Position numbers and translations under genes: made by a program. From Candidatus Calditenuaceae archaeon HR02 (GTDB lineage: Archaea > Thermoproteota > Nitrososphaeria_A > Caldarchaeales > Calditenuaceae), in contig BEHE01000003.1 of the NCBI GenBank assembly GCA_002898395.1, forward strand, positions 32,001 to 96,000: DNA of 64,000 nucleotides, given 5' to 3'. Positions 19,417 to 29,547 of this stretch are shown one piece after another (within the stretch, counting starts at the first letter, position 1; each line of letters starts with the position of its first letter). The notes below the pieces were generated by a model. That model made no database searches, had not been told where the DNA came from, and worked only from the letters and a program-made list of their open reading frames with translations.

Positions 19417-20418
19417 ATGGAGACTGAGGTCAATGTAGAGCTTCAAAGACTCGCGGAGGTCCTAAGGCATAGTTGGAAGATGGTGAGGACGCCGCGGATG
19501 AAGACCATACTTAAGGTACAGGCTGTCGCGTGCGACGCCATGCGTAGCTACTTGAAGTCTGAGGGCTTCATCGAGCTACTCCCACCTATAATCGGGCCGG
19601 TCACAGACCCAGGCATTAGAGGTGCAAAGCAGGCGACCTTTGACTACTATGGCAGGGAGTACAAGGTGATGAGTAGTGCGATATTGTATAAGCAGGCTGC
19701 GATGAGCGGGCTTGGCAAAATATTCTTCATGTCACCCAATGTGAGGCTTGAGCCTATAGACTCAGCCCTCACTGGTAGACATCTTGTGGAGTTTGTGCAG
19801 CTTGACCTAGAGATGGCGGAGGCAAGCTACTTTGACGCCATGGCCGTGGCAGAGCGGCTCTTATCCGAGGCAGTCAATACTGTCCGTGACACTTGCCAAA
19901 GGGAGTTGGAGCTGCTTGGTCGTGAACTATTAACATTCAAGCCACCATTCAAGAAACTCACCTATGATGAGACCTTAGAATATCTGAGGATGAGGGGAGT
20001 TAAAATGCGGTATGGTGTCGAGATTCCATGGGATGCGGAGCGGTTCCTTTCAAAAGTGATTGGTGAACCCTTCTTCATAATAGATTATCCGAGGGGTGCT
20101 CGCGGCTTCTATGATAGGGAGGATGAGAGGCGGCCGGGAATACTCCGGGACTTCGACCTGATCTATCCCGAGGGGTATGGTGAATGCGCCTCTGGCGCCG
20201 AGAGAGAGTATCGATACGAGAGGGTGTTGGCGAGGATGAAGGAGACTGGTGAGGACCCGAGGAAGTATGCCTGGTATCTTGAGATGCTGAGGGAGGGTAT
20301 TCCGCCCAGCGCTGGGTTCGGGATGGGTGTGGAGAGGCTTACGCGCTACCTCTGTGGGCTGGAAGCTGTTTGGGAGGCTAGGCTCTGCCCAAAGCTAGCC
20401 GGAATATACTCGCCATAG
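19417..20418 (+). CDS. asnA: Archaeal asparagine synthetase A (AspRS/AsnRS catalytic-core homolog)
   Basis: Class II aaRS core without an anticodon domain: SPNVRLE, RHLVEFVQLDLE, SGAERE and GFGMGVERL. Confidence 0.85.
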   Translation: METEVNVELQRLAEVLRHSWKMVRTPRMKTILKVQAVACDAMRSYLKSEGFIELLPPIIGPVTDPGIRGAKQATFDYYGREYKVMSSAILYKQAAMSGLGKIFFMSPNVRLEPIDSALTGRHLVEFVQLDLEMAEASYFDAMAVAERLLSEAVNTVRDTCQRELELLGRELLTFKPPFKKLTYDETLEYLRMRGVKMRYGVEIPWDAERFLSKVIGEPFFIIDYPRGARGFYDREDERRPGILRDFDLIYPEGYGECASGAEREYRYERVLARMKETGEDPRKYAWYLEMLREGIPPSAGFGMGVERLTRYLCGLEAVWEARLCPKLAGIYSP

Positions 20419-20445
20419 ATATTAAGCGGGGCGGTACGCTTCAAA

Positions 20446-21819
20446 GTGAGCCTCTCAAAACCCTTCTTGAACGTCTTCCTAAGCCTCCATCGATTCTACT
20501 CATTATTCTCAGACCTCGCAGAAATGTGGAGTAGCTATCCATTTAGAGAGATTATTGAGCGCGCACGTAAAGGGGTTGACGCCATATATCCTGCAGACCT
20601 CTTGAAGCCTTCAATAATGCTGCTCAAAGGCGCCAACATATACAAGCAACCAACACGCTATGCCACGCTTGACGAGCTGCTGCTTCTCCCACCAGCATTC
20701 ACCCCCCTCAGACTTAAGAAGATGTCCGAGCTGCTGCGTGAACCTATCTTCAGCGACGTCGATCTGAGGCATAGCGTGGGTGGCTTCAACGTAAATATGC
20801 CTGCGGTGGTGGCGTCTATGGGCTCCGTACAGGTTGCAAACAAGATCTCCCTCGAAATTGCGCGGGGTGCTGCGCGCATCGGTGTCCCGATGGGGATAGG
20901 CGAGAATGTAGCCACTATGTGGGGGTATTCGAGGAGGGTTAAGAGAAACCAGCCTTCCTTTAAGGAGAGGGTAATGACATATCTCGAGAGCTTGGATGGC
21001 AATGTTGGTGGAGTAACTATCCAACAAAGCGTAGAAGACGCATACAACGAGCTTTGGAATAGGGTCTACTCAGACCCCGATATCGAACCATTCATTCAGA
21101 AAGGGCTTATCGGATTAGAGATTAAGATCGGTCAAGGTTCTAAGCCCGGGCTTGGAGGTGAGGTGAGACTATCAAGAGAGGAGGCTGAGCGCCTCATGGA
21201 TAAGTACCACCTCTCAGAGGACCCGCGGAGCTCCGCGAGAGAGAGCATTGAGAGACACTCAGCCCCGGGGACGTTTACGCCCGAGATACTACGAGGCATG
21301 ATCAGAATGATGAGGAACAACTATCCCAGGTGTAGGATCTGGGTGAAGCTGGGCCCATTCAGGGACTTGCCCGAGGTTCTTAATGTCTTGACCTCAGAGG
21401 GCGTGGATGCTGTATGGATTGACGGGAGGGAGGGTGGGACGGGTATGAGCCCCTACGCCTCTATGAGGCATCTCGGCCTCCCCCTCGTCGCGATATTATG
21501 CCACATATCTAGACAGCTAGAGTCGAGGGTTGGCTCGACCTCTTTTATAGTCTCGGGGAGGCTTTACGACGGTGGCCACCTAGTAAAATGCCTCTCCCTC
21601 GGCCTCGATGGGGTGGCGTTTGGGCGCCCTGTCGCTGTTTCAGCGTGGGTCGCCGGTTCGCGTGGTGTGGAGAACTATCTTAAAACCGTGGAGCTAGAGG
21701 CCAAAATGCTCATATCCGCCCTAGGCAAATACCATGTGCGGGACTTGTCACGTGAAGATCTGGGGTGCCTGGATAGGGATATTGCTGAGAGGCTAGGTGT
21801 GAGATACGTATACTCGTAA
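20446..21819 (+). CDS. FMN-binding glutamate synthase family protein
   Basis: MGIGEN, EIKIGQGSKPGLGG and IDGREGGTG. Confidence 0.85.
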   Translation: MSLSKPFLNVFLSLHRFYSLFSDLAEMWSSYPFREIIERARKGVDAIYPADLLKPSIMLLKGANIYKQPTRYATLDELLLLPPAFTPLRLKKMSELLREPIFSDVDLRHSVGGFNVNMPAVVASMGSVQVANKISLEIARGAARIGVPMGIGENVATMWGYSRRVKRNQPSFKERVMTYLESLDGNVGGVTIQQSVEDAYNELWNRVYSDPDIEPFIQKGLIGLEIKIGQGSKPGLGGEVRLSREEAERLMDKYHLSEDPRSSARESIERHSAPGTFTPEILRGMIRMMRNNYPRCRIWVKLGPFRDLPEVLNVLTSEGVDAVWIDGREGGTGMSPYASMRHLGLPLVAILCHISRQLESRVGSTSFIVSGRLYDGGHLVKCLSLGLDGVAFGRPVAVSAWVAGSRGVENYLKTVELEAKMLISALGKYHVRDLSREDLGCLDRDIAERLGVRYVYS

Positions 21820-21873
21820 TCATGGGTGAGGGCTATAACTTCCCAGCCAGAGGACTAGTCCTGTGGCTCGGCG

Positions 21874-22794
21874 ATGACTCAGATGCTTGTGTGTTTCTTG
21901 GGCACAAGCGGTGGCATGCCCACCCCCCATAGAGCTCTGCCAAGTGTGGCTGTAAGGTTTGCCGGCTCTCTACTGGTCTTTGACTGTGGGGAGTCTACTC
22001 AGAGGCAGCTCCTAGCCTCAGGTCTAGGGTTGCCGAGGGAGTTCAGGGTTTTTATCACACACCGACACGCCGACCACCTCCTAGGCATACCGGGCGTCCT
22101 ATACACCCTCAGCATGATGGGGAGGGAAGACCCCGTAACCATTTTTGGACCCAAATCGGCCTGCGAAGTCGTCAGAAATCTGCTAGAAGCCCTCGAGACA
22201 GAGGTGGGGTTTGATGTGGAAATCAACTCTGTAGGGCCTGGTCTAGTATATCAGGGGAGGGGATTTAAGGTCGAGGCCGTCGAGGCGGTACACTCAGCCG
22301 AGGCGATATGCTACAGGCTTCTGGAGGACGACCGGCCTGGAAGGATGAGGGTCGGGTATCTGGAGAAGCTTGGCCTCCCGCGAGGCCCGCTCTGGGGCAG
22401 GTTGCAGAGAGGCGAGCCAGTAACGTATCAGGGAAAGGTGATTAGTCCGGAGGAGGCAGTAGACCCGCCGAGGAGAGGGAGAAAAATAGTCTACACAGGC
22501 GACACAAGGTACTCAGAGAGAATAGTGGAGTTCGCTCATCAGGCCGACCTACTGATACACGACGCCACGTTCGACCAGAGCCTCTCAGACCGTGCAGTGG
22601 CGGAGGGACACAGCACCGCCTCCGAGGCTGCGACCGCCGCCCTACAGGCGCAGGCCCGCGCACTGGCCCTCTTCCACATAAGCCCTAGATACCACGGCAA
22701 GGAGGACGTACTTCTGAACGAGGCGAGGAAAATATTTCCAAACACGATCCTGCCGAGCGACTTAGAGAAATTGGAGATCCATTATCCTAAGTGA
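21874..22794 (+). CDS. rnz: Ribonuclease Z
   Basis: FLGTSGG, DCGE, THRHADHLLG, flexible arm GPLWGRL, YTGDT, HDATF and HISPRY. Confidence 0.95.
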   Translation: MTQMLVCFLGTSGGMPTPHRALPSVAVRFAGSLLVFDCGESTQRQLLASGLGLPREFRVFITHRHADHLLGIPGVLYTLSMMGREDPVTIFGPKSACEVVRNLLEALETEVGFDVEINSVGPGLVYQGRGFKVEAVEAVHSAEAICYRLLEDDRPGRMRVGYLEKLGLPRGPLWGRLQRGEPVTYQGKVISPEEAVDPPRRGRKIVYTGDTRYSERIVEFAHQADLLIHDATFDQSLSDRAVAEGHSTASEAATAALQAQARALALFHISPRYHGKEDVLLNEARKIFPNTILPSDLEKLEIHYPK

Positions 22795-23246
22795 CGTCTT
22801 AGCGTGTATATTTGCGGGGGCCACTCTGACAGGTCTATCCATCCCGTCAAAACATCATCCAGCGGAAAACTCTTTACTTCTTCAGGCTCCTTCCCATCTA
22901 TCTTTCGGCGAAGCCTATAGTCACTTCCGACGATAAATTCATCCTCACCTAGGTGGGGAGTCTCTATCCTAACCTCTTCGCCTGGCTTCACCGCAATCGC
23001 TGTGACATCTGGGGGTATGGCCCCAGACCCCCTCCAGAATACTACAACCCATCTAGCCTCGCCGGGTTCTAGAAGCTCCAAGAGACCCTCTGTCGAAGTC
23101 ATGGTCCCTGGCCCCCTGAGCCCAACCTTCGTCGCACCACACCTCCTACACCTCCACGCTTCCACAACCTTCACCACCTCCTCGCCCTGCATAATATTCA
23201 AAGCCCCCGCGTACTTCAGGTCGTGGACGCAACCGCTGGCTGACAC
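22782..23246 (-). CDS. Hypothetical protein with a CxH...CxxC zinc-ribbon-like motif
   Basis: GCVHDL...WRCRRCG; co-oriented with the MBL hydrolase. Confidence 0.65.
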   Translation of the reverse strand: MSASGCVHDLKYAGALNIMQGEEVVKVVEAWRCRRCGATKVGLRGPGTMTSTEGLLELLEPGEARWVVVFWRGSGAIPPDVTAIAVKPGEEVRIETPHLGEDEFIVGSDYRLRRKIDGKEPEEVKSFPLDDVLTGWIDLSEWPPQIYTLRRHLG

Positions 23247-23257
23247 TTATAGACCAC

Positions 23258-23926
23258 CTATCCTTCGGGCTCTAGTATCTCGACCCTACACTTCGCCATC
23301 TTCTTAAACTCTTCAGCGTCCTTTCGCGAGCCTACTATCGTGCCGTAGTGCATTGGAATTGCGACATCAGGCATTATGGTGTTTGCGGCTTCAGCTGCCT
23401 CAGCAGCCGTCATGACATATACCCCGCTCACGGGCAGAAAGGCTACATCTATCTTTCCCAGCCCTTTCATTTCAGGGATAAAGTCGGTGTCTCCTGGGTG
23501 GTAGACCCTTACACCAGCCAGCTCCACAAGATATCCCACACCACCATACTCCTTTGGATGATATACGACGCCCGGCGACCTGAACTTATTCACATTATAG
23601 GCCGTGACCACAGTGTATCTGAGGTCTCCAGCCTCTCCGTGGTCGCCCGTCGTAACAAACACTTTAGACCTGCATGAGACGCTCACGAGCCCTGACATAC
23701 AGTTTTTCGCAGCTACTATAGTTGTTCTCTCTGGAGAGGTTACTTTTGCTAGGTCATTGGCCGAGAGGTGGTCGAAGTGGTCGTGCGTAATGAATACTAC
23801 ATCTGCCGCCATCTTGGTCTTAGTCTTGAGCTGGTAGGGGTCAAACACTACCTCGCGGCCGCTCCAGCGGATGCTGAAGCCCGCGTGGCCAAGCCATCTT
23901 ATCTCAAGCCCCTTGTATACCAGCAT
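23258..23926 (-). CDS. Metallo-beta-lactamase-fold hydrolase
   Basis: WLGHA, THDHFDH, YHPGDT and PMHYG. Confidence 0.92.
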   Translation of the reverse strand: MLVYKGLEIRWLGHAGFSIRWSGREVVFDPYQLKTKTKMAADVVFITHDHFDHLSANDLAKVTSPERTTIVAAKNCMSGLVSVSCRSKVFVTTGDHGEAGDLRYTVVTAYNVNKFRSPGVVYHPKEYGGVGYLVELAGVRVYHPGDTDFIPEMKGLGKIDVAFLPVSGVYVMTAAEAAEAANTIMPDVAIPMHYGTIVGSRKDAEEFKKMAKCRVEILEPEG

Positions 23927-24166
23927 CGAGATAACTAGCTATACCTTCCCCTATATATCAGTAGCCATACATCACTCCATAGTTATATCGCAGGTGGTCA
24001 TGCATCGGACTTGTACTTAAGGCGAGGCTTTCAAAACCTTTATGGTTAAGAGGACGGCATCGGCTTGAGATGGATCGAAGTTGTTGATCGAGAAGATCGC
24101 ACTCGAGCTTGGGCCTGAGATTGACGTGGCTCTTGTGGAAGGTGATGTTAAGATTAATGAGCAGGT

Positions 24167-25165
24167 GTGAATCCCTTGAGTGATGGATTGGCTCTGCAGG
24201 AGACCATACCGTGGATTGAGAAGTATCGCCCTCGAAGCCTCTCCGAGATAATCAACCAAGAAGCAATCGTGAACAGCCTCAAGACGATACTGTCCACACA
24301 CTCCGTTCCACATATGCTGTTTACTGGGCCGCCCGGCGTCGGGAAAACCGCCACAGCCCATGCCTTTGCCATCGACCTTTATGGCGGAAGATACGTTGAA
24401 GATGGACACTTCCTGGAAATTAACGCGAGCGATGAGAGAGGTATAGACGTCATAAGGGATAAGGTTAAGGGGTTCGCCAGAACCATACCTATAGGAGGAA
24501 TAGGGTTCAAGATCCTACTACTAGACGAGGCGGACCAGCTCACAGCTGACGCCCAGCACGCCTTTAGAAGGGTCATGGAGCAGTTCTCAGCAACTTGCAG
24601 ATTCATCCTAGCAGCAAACTACGCCAACAGGATAATCGAGCCTATACAGTCGAGGTGTGCAGTCTTTAGGTTCAAGCCGATAGAGCTGGAGCACATGAGG
24701 ATTGCTGTACAAAGGATAGCCTCCAAAGAGGGCCTAGAAGTTACGGGCAGGGCAGTTGAGGCCCTATACGAGGTCACGGAGGGCGACCTGAGAAGGTGCA
24801 TCAACCTACTCCAAACAGCGTCAACCTACAGCAAGAGAATAGATGAGAACCTTGTCTTTCAGGTTGCGGGGCTCGCTTGGGGGAGTGAGGTTCGTCGGCT
24901 ACTGGAATTGGCCGCGGCTGGCAAGATAGAGGATGCCAGAAAACAGCTTAAGCTCATACTCTACGTCAACGGGGCCTCGGAGAGGGATCTTATCGGCCAG
25001 ATATACCGCGACCTATTCTACCTCTCAATCCCGGAGAAGAAGAAGCTGGAGCTGATATCGCTGCTAGGTGAGGTTGACTTCCGGGTCTCTCAGGGAGCTA
25101 ACCCCGAGCTGCAGATTATGATGTTCTTGGCGACCCTATACTCTGCATCTCAGGTGGGTAAGTAG
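24167..25165 (+). CDS. rfcS: Replication factor C small subunit
   Basis: PWIEKYRP, GPPGVGKT, NASDERG, LDEAD and IQSRC. Confidence 0.96.
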   Translation: MNPLSDGLALQETIPWIEKYRPRSLSEIINQEAIVNSLKTILSTHSVPHMLFTGPPGVGKTATAHAFAIDLYGGRYVEDGHFLEINASDERGIDVIRDKVKGFARTIPIGGIGFKILLLDEADQLTADAQHAFRRVMEQFSATCRFILAANYANRIIEPIQSRCAVFRFKPIELEHMRIAVQRIASKEGLEVTGRAVEALYEVTEGDLRRCINLLQTASTYSKRIDENLVFQVAGLAWGSEVRRLLELAAAGKIEDARKQLKLILYVNGASERDLIGQIYRDLFYLSIPEKKKLELISLLGEVDFRVSQGANPELQIMMFLATLYSASQVGK

Positions 25166-25169
25166 CCGT

Positions 25170-26483
25170 TTGAGCCTGCCCTGGACCGAAAAGTATAGGC
25201 CGAGGCGCGTCGCCGAGGTGGTGGGCAATGAGGAGGCTAAAAGGCAATTTGAGATGTGGATGAGGGATTGGGAGAAGGGCAATCCCTCCACCAAAGCCGC
25301 CCTACTAGTGGGGCCCCCAGGAACCGGCAAGACGTCTCTCGTGTTGGCCTACGCCTCTGAGCATGGCTACGACGTTGTAGAGATAAACGCGAGCGATGAG
25401 AGGAGCTCTGAAAAGCTGAAGACTATTGTGGGAGAGTCTGCGCGGCAGACCACGCTGAGCGGAACCAGGAGGAGGATTATACTGCTGGATGAAGTTGACG
25501 GGATTGCGGGAAGGGAGGCGGCTGGCGGCATAGCCACACTTTCCTCGATAATAAAGTCTACGCGAACCCCTATCGTCATGGTTGCCAACGACCCCTGGAG
25601 CCCTCGGCTAGCGCCGCTGAGGGAGAGTGCCCTAATGATAAAGTTCAACAAGCTCAGGCAGCGGGAAATAGTCTCTCGCCTGAAGAGGATACTGGAGTCG
25701 GAGGGGGTCCACCTCGACGAGGAAATTCTGGCCGAGATAGCTAGGCGCAGCGAAGGCGACATGAGAAGCGCAATAAACGACGCCCAGGTCCTCATATCAA
25801 CACGCGGCTCAGCCGAGTCACTGCTAGCCACTCTCGGACTTAGGGATAGACAGAAGACATCCTTCGAGGTCTTGGCAGAGATCTTCGGCTCAACCTCGGC
25901 AGCATCAGGCAGAGTATCGGTCCAAGGCTCAGACATGGAGATAGAAGATATCGTGACTTGGGTATGTGACAATATTTTAAACCAAATACATAGCCCGCAG
26001 GCCATTGCCGACGTCTTTAAGCTACTGGCAGATGCTGACCTTCACTACTCGAGGGTAAAGAGGCTTCAGAGGTGGGAGCTTCTGCGCTATGTCGCCCCCC
26101 TACTAGGTGCCGGCCCCGGCGTTGTGAAACACATGTATGGTGAAAAGGGGGTGAGATTTGAGTTCCCCTCAACAATCAGGTTTATGCAGCAGACAAGGGA
26201 GCAGAGGGCTCTAATCCAGTCTGCGCTGGCAAAGGTGGCCGCAAGGACTAAGATGTCGAGAACTAAGGCGGCTAGTGAGATGCTGCCATTCCTAGCGGAG
26301 ATGCTCAGGAGGGGGGAGAAGGGTGTTGCGCGCTATTTCGAACTGTCAGACGAGGAGGTAAAGGCCTTAATCGGGCTAGGCGGCCGGCAGCCATCTGAGG
26401 TCACCCACGCGACAAAGGCCGCGCCGCCGAGGGGGAAGGCTACTCGCCCTCGGCAGACTCGAGGAGCGCGGAGATCTCCCTAA
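25170..26483 (+). CDS. rfcL: Replication factor C large subunit
   Basis: PWTEKYRP, GPPGTGKT, NASDER and LDEVDG; extended C-terminus; follows rfcS. Confidence 0.94.
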   Translation: MSLPWTEKYRPRRVAEVVGNEEAKRQFEMWMRDWEKGNPSTKAALLVGPPGTGKTSLVLAYASEHGYDVVEINASDERSSEKLKTIVGESARQTTLSGTRRRIILLDEVDGIAGREAAGGIATLSSIIKSTRTPIVMVANDPWSPRLAPLRESALMIKFNKLRQREIVSRLKRILESEGVHLDEEILAEIARRSEGDMRSAINDAQVLISTRGSAESLLATLGLRDRQKTSFEVLAEIFGSTSAASGRVSVQGSDMEIEDIVTWVCDNILNQIHSPQAIADVFKLLADADLHYSRVKRLQRWELLRYVAPLLGAGPGVVKHMYGEKGVRFEFPSTIRFMQQTREQRALIQSALAKVAARTKMSRTKAASEMLPFLAEMLRRGEKGVARYFELSDEEVKALIGLGGRQPSEVTHATKAAPPRGKATRPRQTRGARRSP

Positions 26484-27591
26484 CCATGATCGATGCGGGG
26501 ATGCCGGGCAGTGTTATGAAGCTCTTTCTCCCATGTAACTCACCCTTGCCTATCTTTATCCTAATTAGGCCAAGGTCTTCTAGGCGCTGCATATGTTCCC
26601 AAAACCTCGTGTAGGCCCTTGCCGGGGCTCCAAACTCCTCGCAAACGACCTTGTATGCTTGATAGAGCTCGGTGGAGGAGATATGTGACTTGCCGCTACT
26701 TAGCAGGAGCCGAGCTGCTGCCAGTAGCAGGAGCTTCTCATGCCTAGATACGTATGTGAGAACCTCCCTCTTGATGGAGGGATATATGCTAGCAGCCGCC
26801 TTCCTGACATGCTCTGGGACCACCTTTGTCGCGCCCTCATTCTCCGCGTATTTCCCAGCCCTCCATAGGAGTTCAACAGCATACCTCGCATCACCCCTCT
26901 CCGATGCCATTTCAACGATGAGGCTCTTAGCATCCTCAGTCATTACGCCTGGATAGAAAGCCTCCGAGCACCTATACTCCACAATATCCGCTAGCTGGCT
27001 GTGGTTGTACTCCTCCAAGTAGATCACGCCGGCTTGAAATACTCCTCTCACACTCTCATCCATCTCCTCCAGAATCTCGGCATTCCTGCTGATCGCTATG
27101 ATTGAGATTCTAGCCCCTCTATCAGTCTCCTCTCCCAGACGGAGAAGGGTGTAGACGCCCCTCGGGTCCGAGTGTAGAAAGCCGTCAAACTCGTCCAGCC
27201 CGACGACTGCGAGAATCTTCTTACGCTCCAGAAGATCCACTATCCTCGCTCCAAGCTCCTCAGCGGCGAGTCCGCGCGAAGGAATCGGCGCCCCAAGTGT
27301 CTCGACTATCTTCTTTAGGATGGAGCTAAGTGTTGCGTGTATCCTGCAGTTTATGTGGATGTATTTGGCTTGGCTGCTGGACTCCTCTAGCTTCCGGCCG
27401 AAGAGCTTGCTTAAAGCAGTCTTGCCAGTCCCTACAGCTCCCACTATCAAGACCCTAACCGAGACGGCTGGTCGCCCAGCCATGTAGCTGGAGAAAAAAG
27501 TCTCGAGAAGACCCAGCTCCTTCTCCCTATGAGGAAGTCTCGGCGGTACATACTCGGGCGATAGCTTCTCCTCACTCTTAAAAATCCTCAA
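26440..27591 (-). CDS. cdc6: Orc1/Cdc6 replication initiation protein
   Basis: LSPEYVPPRLPHRE, GAVGTGKT, LDEFD and GDARYA; C-terminal winged helix. Confidence 0.93.
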   Translation of the reverse strand: MRIFKSEEKLSPEYVPPRLPHREKELGLLETFFSSYMAGRPAVSVRVLIVGAVGTGKTALSKLFGRKLEESSSQAKYIHINCRIHATLSSILKKIVETLGAPIPSRGLAAEELGARIVDLLERKKILAVVGLDEFDGFLHSDPRGVYTLLRLGEETDRGARISIIAISRNAEILEEMDESVRGVFQAGVIYLEEYNHSQLADIVEYRCSEAFYPGVMTEDAKSLIVEMASERGDARYAVELLWRAGKYAENEGATKVVPEHVRKAAASIYPSIKREVLTYVSRHEKLLLLAAARLLLSSGKSHISSTELYQAYKVVCEEFGAPARAYTRFWEHMQRLEDLGLIRIKIGKGELHGRKSFITLPGIPASIMVREISALLESAEGE

Positions 27592-27659
27592 TCTCCAGCC
27601 AACATGCCTCTCTCAACAGAATATTAAAGTGTTAAAGAGGAACCAGCACGTACAAGGCC

Positions 27660-27953
27660 TTACCTATTTTTCAGGCGCTTTGAGGGAAGCTTCAGAAGGC
27701 TTCCTTGGCCAAGGCCAGGGGGCAGTCCCACGGTGGCCTGCTCGCTGAAGACAACCACGACCACGTCGCCGGCGCTATCAACTATCCTACCTCTCCATGG
27801 ATTGCCATTGTAGTCCTCGTACAGCGCCTCCTCTCCGACGAAGGAGGTGAGCTGGGAGGGCTCTATAGGTGAGGTGGGCGAGGCGAGTATCCTCTCCTCC
27901 TCGTCGAACCCGACCACTATTGCGTCGATCCACTCAACCTCCTCATCAGACAT
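27660..27953 (-). CDS. Acidic protein resembling ribosomal protein L35Ae
   Basis: FVGEEALY..NGNPWRGRIV...VVVVF...GLPPG follows the L35Ae pattern by eye. Confidence 0.5.
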   Translation of the reverse strand: MSDEEVEWIDAIVVGFDEEERILASPTSPIEPSQLTSFVGEEALYEDYNGNPWRGRIVDSAGDVVVVVFSEQATVGLPPGLGQGSLLKLPSKRLKNR

Positions 27954-28045
27954 ACGTGAGAAAAGTCTGCGTCTCCCATTTTTAAATCCTTCCCAGACCG
28001 CCGCCTCATAGATACTGCTATATCCCTCTAATCTGGTTTTTCTGT

Positions 28046-29539
28046 GTGTGCGCGAAGTATTCTCTGGGCTCTGAGTTTAAGTTTGGCTTTTCAACTGTAG
28101 GCGTGCAGCATGAGATGGGTGTCCCGGGCTCTGAGTTCAGCTCCGACTGGGTTGCCTGGCTTCATGACCCGGAGAACATACTAGCTGGGATTGTGAGCGG
28201 CGACGCTCCCGAGGATGGGCCTGGATACTGGAGGCTTTTCAGAGAGGACCATGAAAGAGCGCGGAGCATCGGAATGGATGCGGCTTGGATAACGGTCGAG
28301 TGGGCGAGGATATTCCCAAGGCCGACCTTTGATGTGAAGGTACCTATGGAGAAGGCTGGCAGAGTCATTACCCGGGCCTTAGTTGAGAGGAAGCATTTAG
28401 AGGATCTTGAGAGGATAGCCGACATGCAAGCGCTCAACCACTACAGGGAGATACTCTCTGACTGGAGGAGCAGGGGCGGCCTCGTAATCGCAAATCTCTT
28501 CCACTGGTCCCTACCACTCTGGCTCCACGACCCTATCAAGGTGAGGAAGCTTGGGCCTGACCGGGCGCCATCCGGCTGGATTGATGAGAGGTGCGTCACA
28601 GAGTTCGCCAAGCTCTCAGCATTTCTAGCCCACCACCTAGATGACGTGGTTGACATGTGGTATACGATGAACGAGCCACTTGTCATCGCCAACGCGGGCT
28701 ATCTCCAAGTAAACTCTGGATTCCCACCCGGTTATCTCGACCTAGAGACCTTTATGACTGTCATCAAAAATCTCGAGATGGCGCATGCAGTCGCCTACGA
28801 CGCTGTAAAGAGCTATTCTAAGAAGCCTGTCGGCGTGGTGGAGTCGGTGGCCCACTGAACCCCCTTAACAACCGAAGACCAGGCCGCGGCAGATAGGGGC
28901 TTCGAATTTAACATCGCGATATATGATGCGGCTGTGAGGGGGCTTGTAGGTGGAGAGGTTGTTGACGAGGCTCGAAATAGGATTGACTGGATTGGTCTCA
29001 ACTACTATTCCAGAATGGTTGTTAAGGCTGAGAGTAGGTCGCCCACAGGGTTTAGGATTGTTAGCGGCTATGGCTATGGCTGCCAGCCTAGAGCATACTC
29101 GCTCGATGGGAGGCCAACAAGTGATTTCGGTTGGGAGGTTTACCCAGAGGGTCTCTACCACGTGGCTAAAAGGCTCTACGGCCGCTATCGATTACCAATC
29201 TACGTGACTGAGAATGGGTGTGCGGACTCTGAAGACCGTCTAAGACCAAGGTTCATTGTCTCACACCTTTACCAGATATACCTCGCCAAGAGAGAGGGTG
29301 TGGATTTGCGGGGATACTTTCACTGGAATCTTACCGACAACCTGGAGTGGGCGAAGGGGTATAGCATGAGGTTTGGGCTATTTGAGGTTGACATGTCTTC
29401 TAAGAAAAGATTCGCTAGGCCTAGCGCTTTGGTCTTCAGGGAAATAGCCACCTCCAAGGCGATACCTGAAGAGTTTGAGAACATCACTCATCCCCCGTCG
29501 AGAAGAAATAGATGCCCCGTTCACACAGATATTTGTTAG
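28046..29539 (+). pseudogene. GH1 beta-glycosidase interrupted by an in-frame TGA at 28856-28858
   Basis: The NEP acid/base motif lies before the stop and TENG...WNLTDNLEWAKG after it, in the same frame (...VAH*TPLT...). Confidence 0.88.
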
Positions 29540-29547
29540 TATCTTCT

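Noticed and set aside
27592-28045. Replication origin next to cdc6
   Set aside because: The intergenic gaps are short, and I saw no ORB-like repeats or long AT-rich unwinding element.
28856-28858. Selenocysteine recoding of the GH1 TGA
   Set aside because: The position is non-catalytic and looks like a Trp site; no SECIS recognised; GH1 enzymes are not known selenoproteins.
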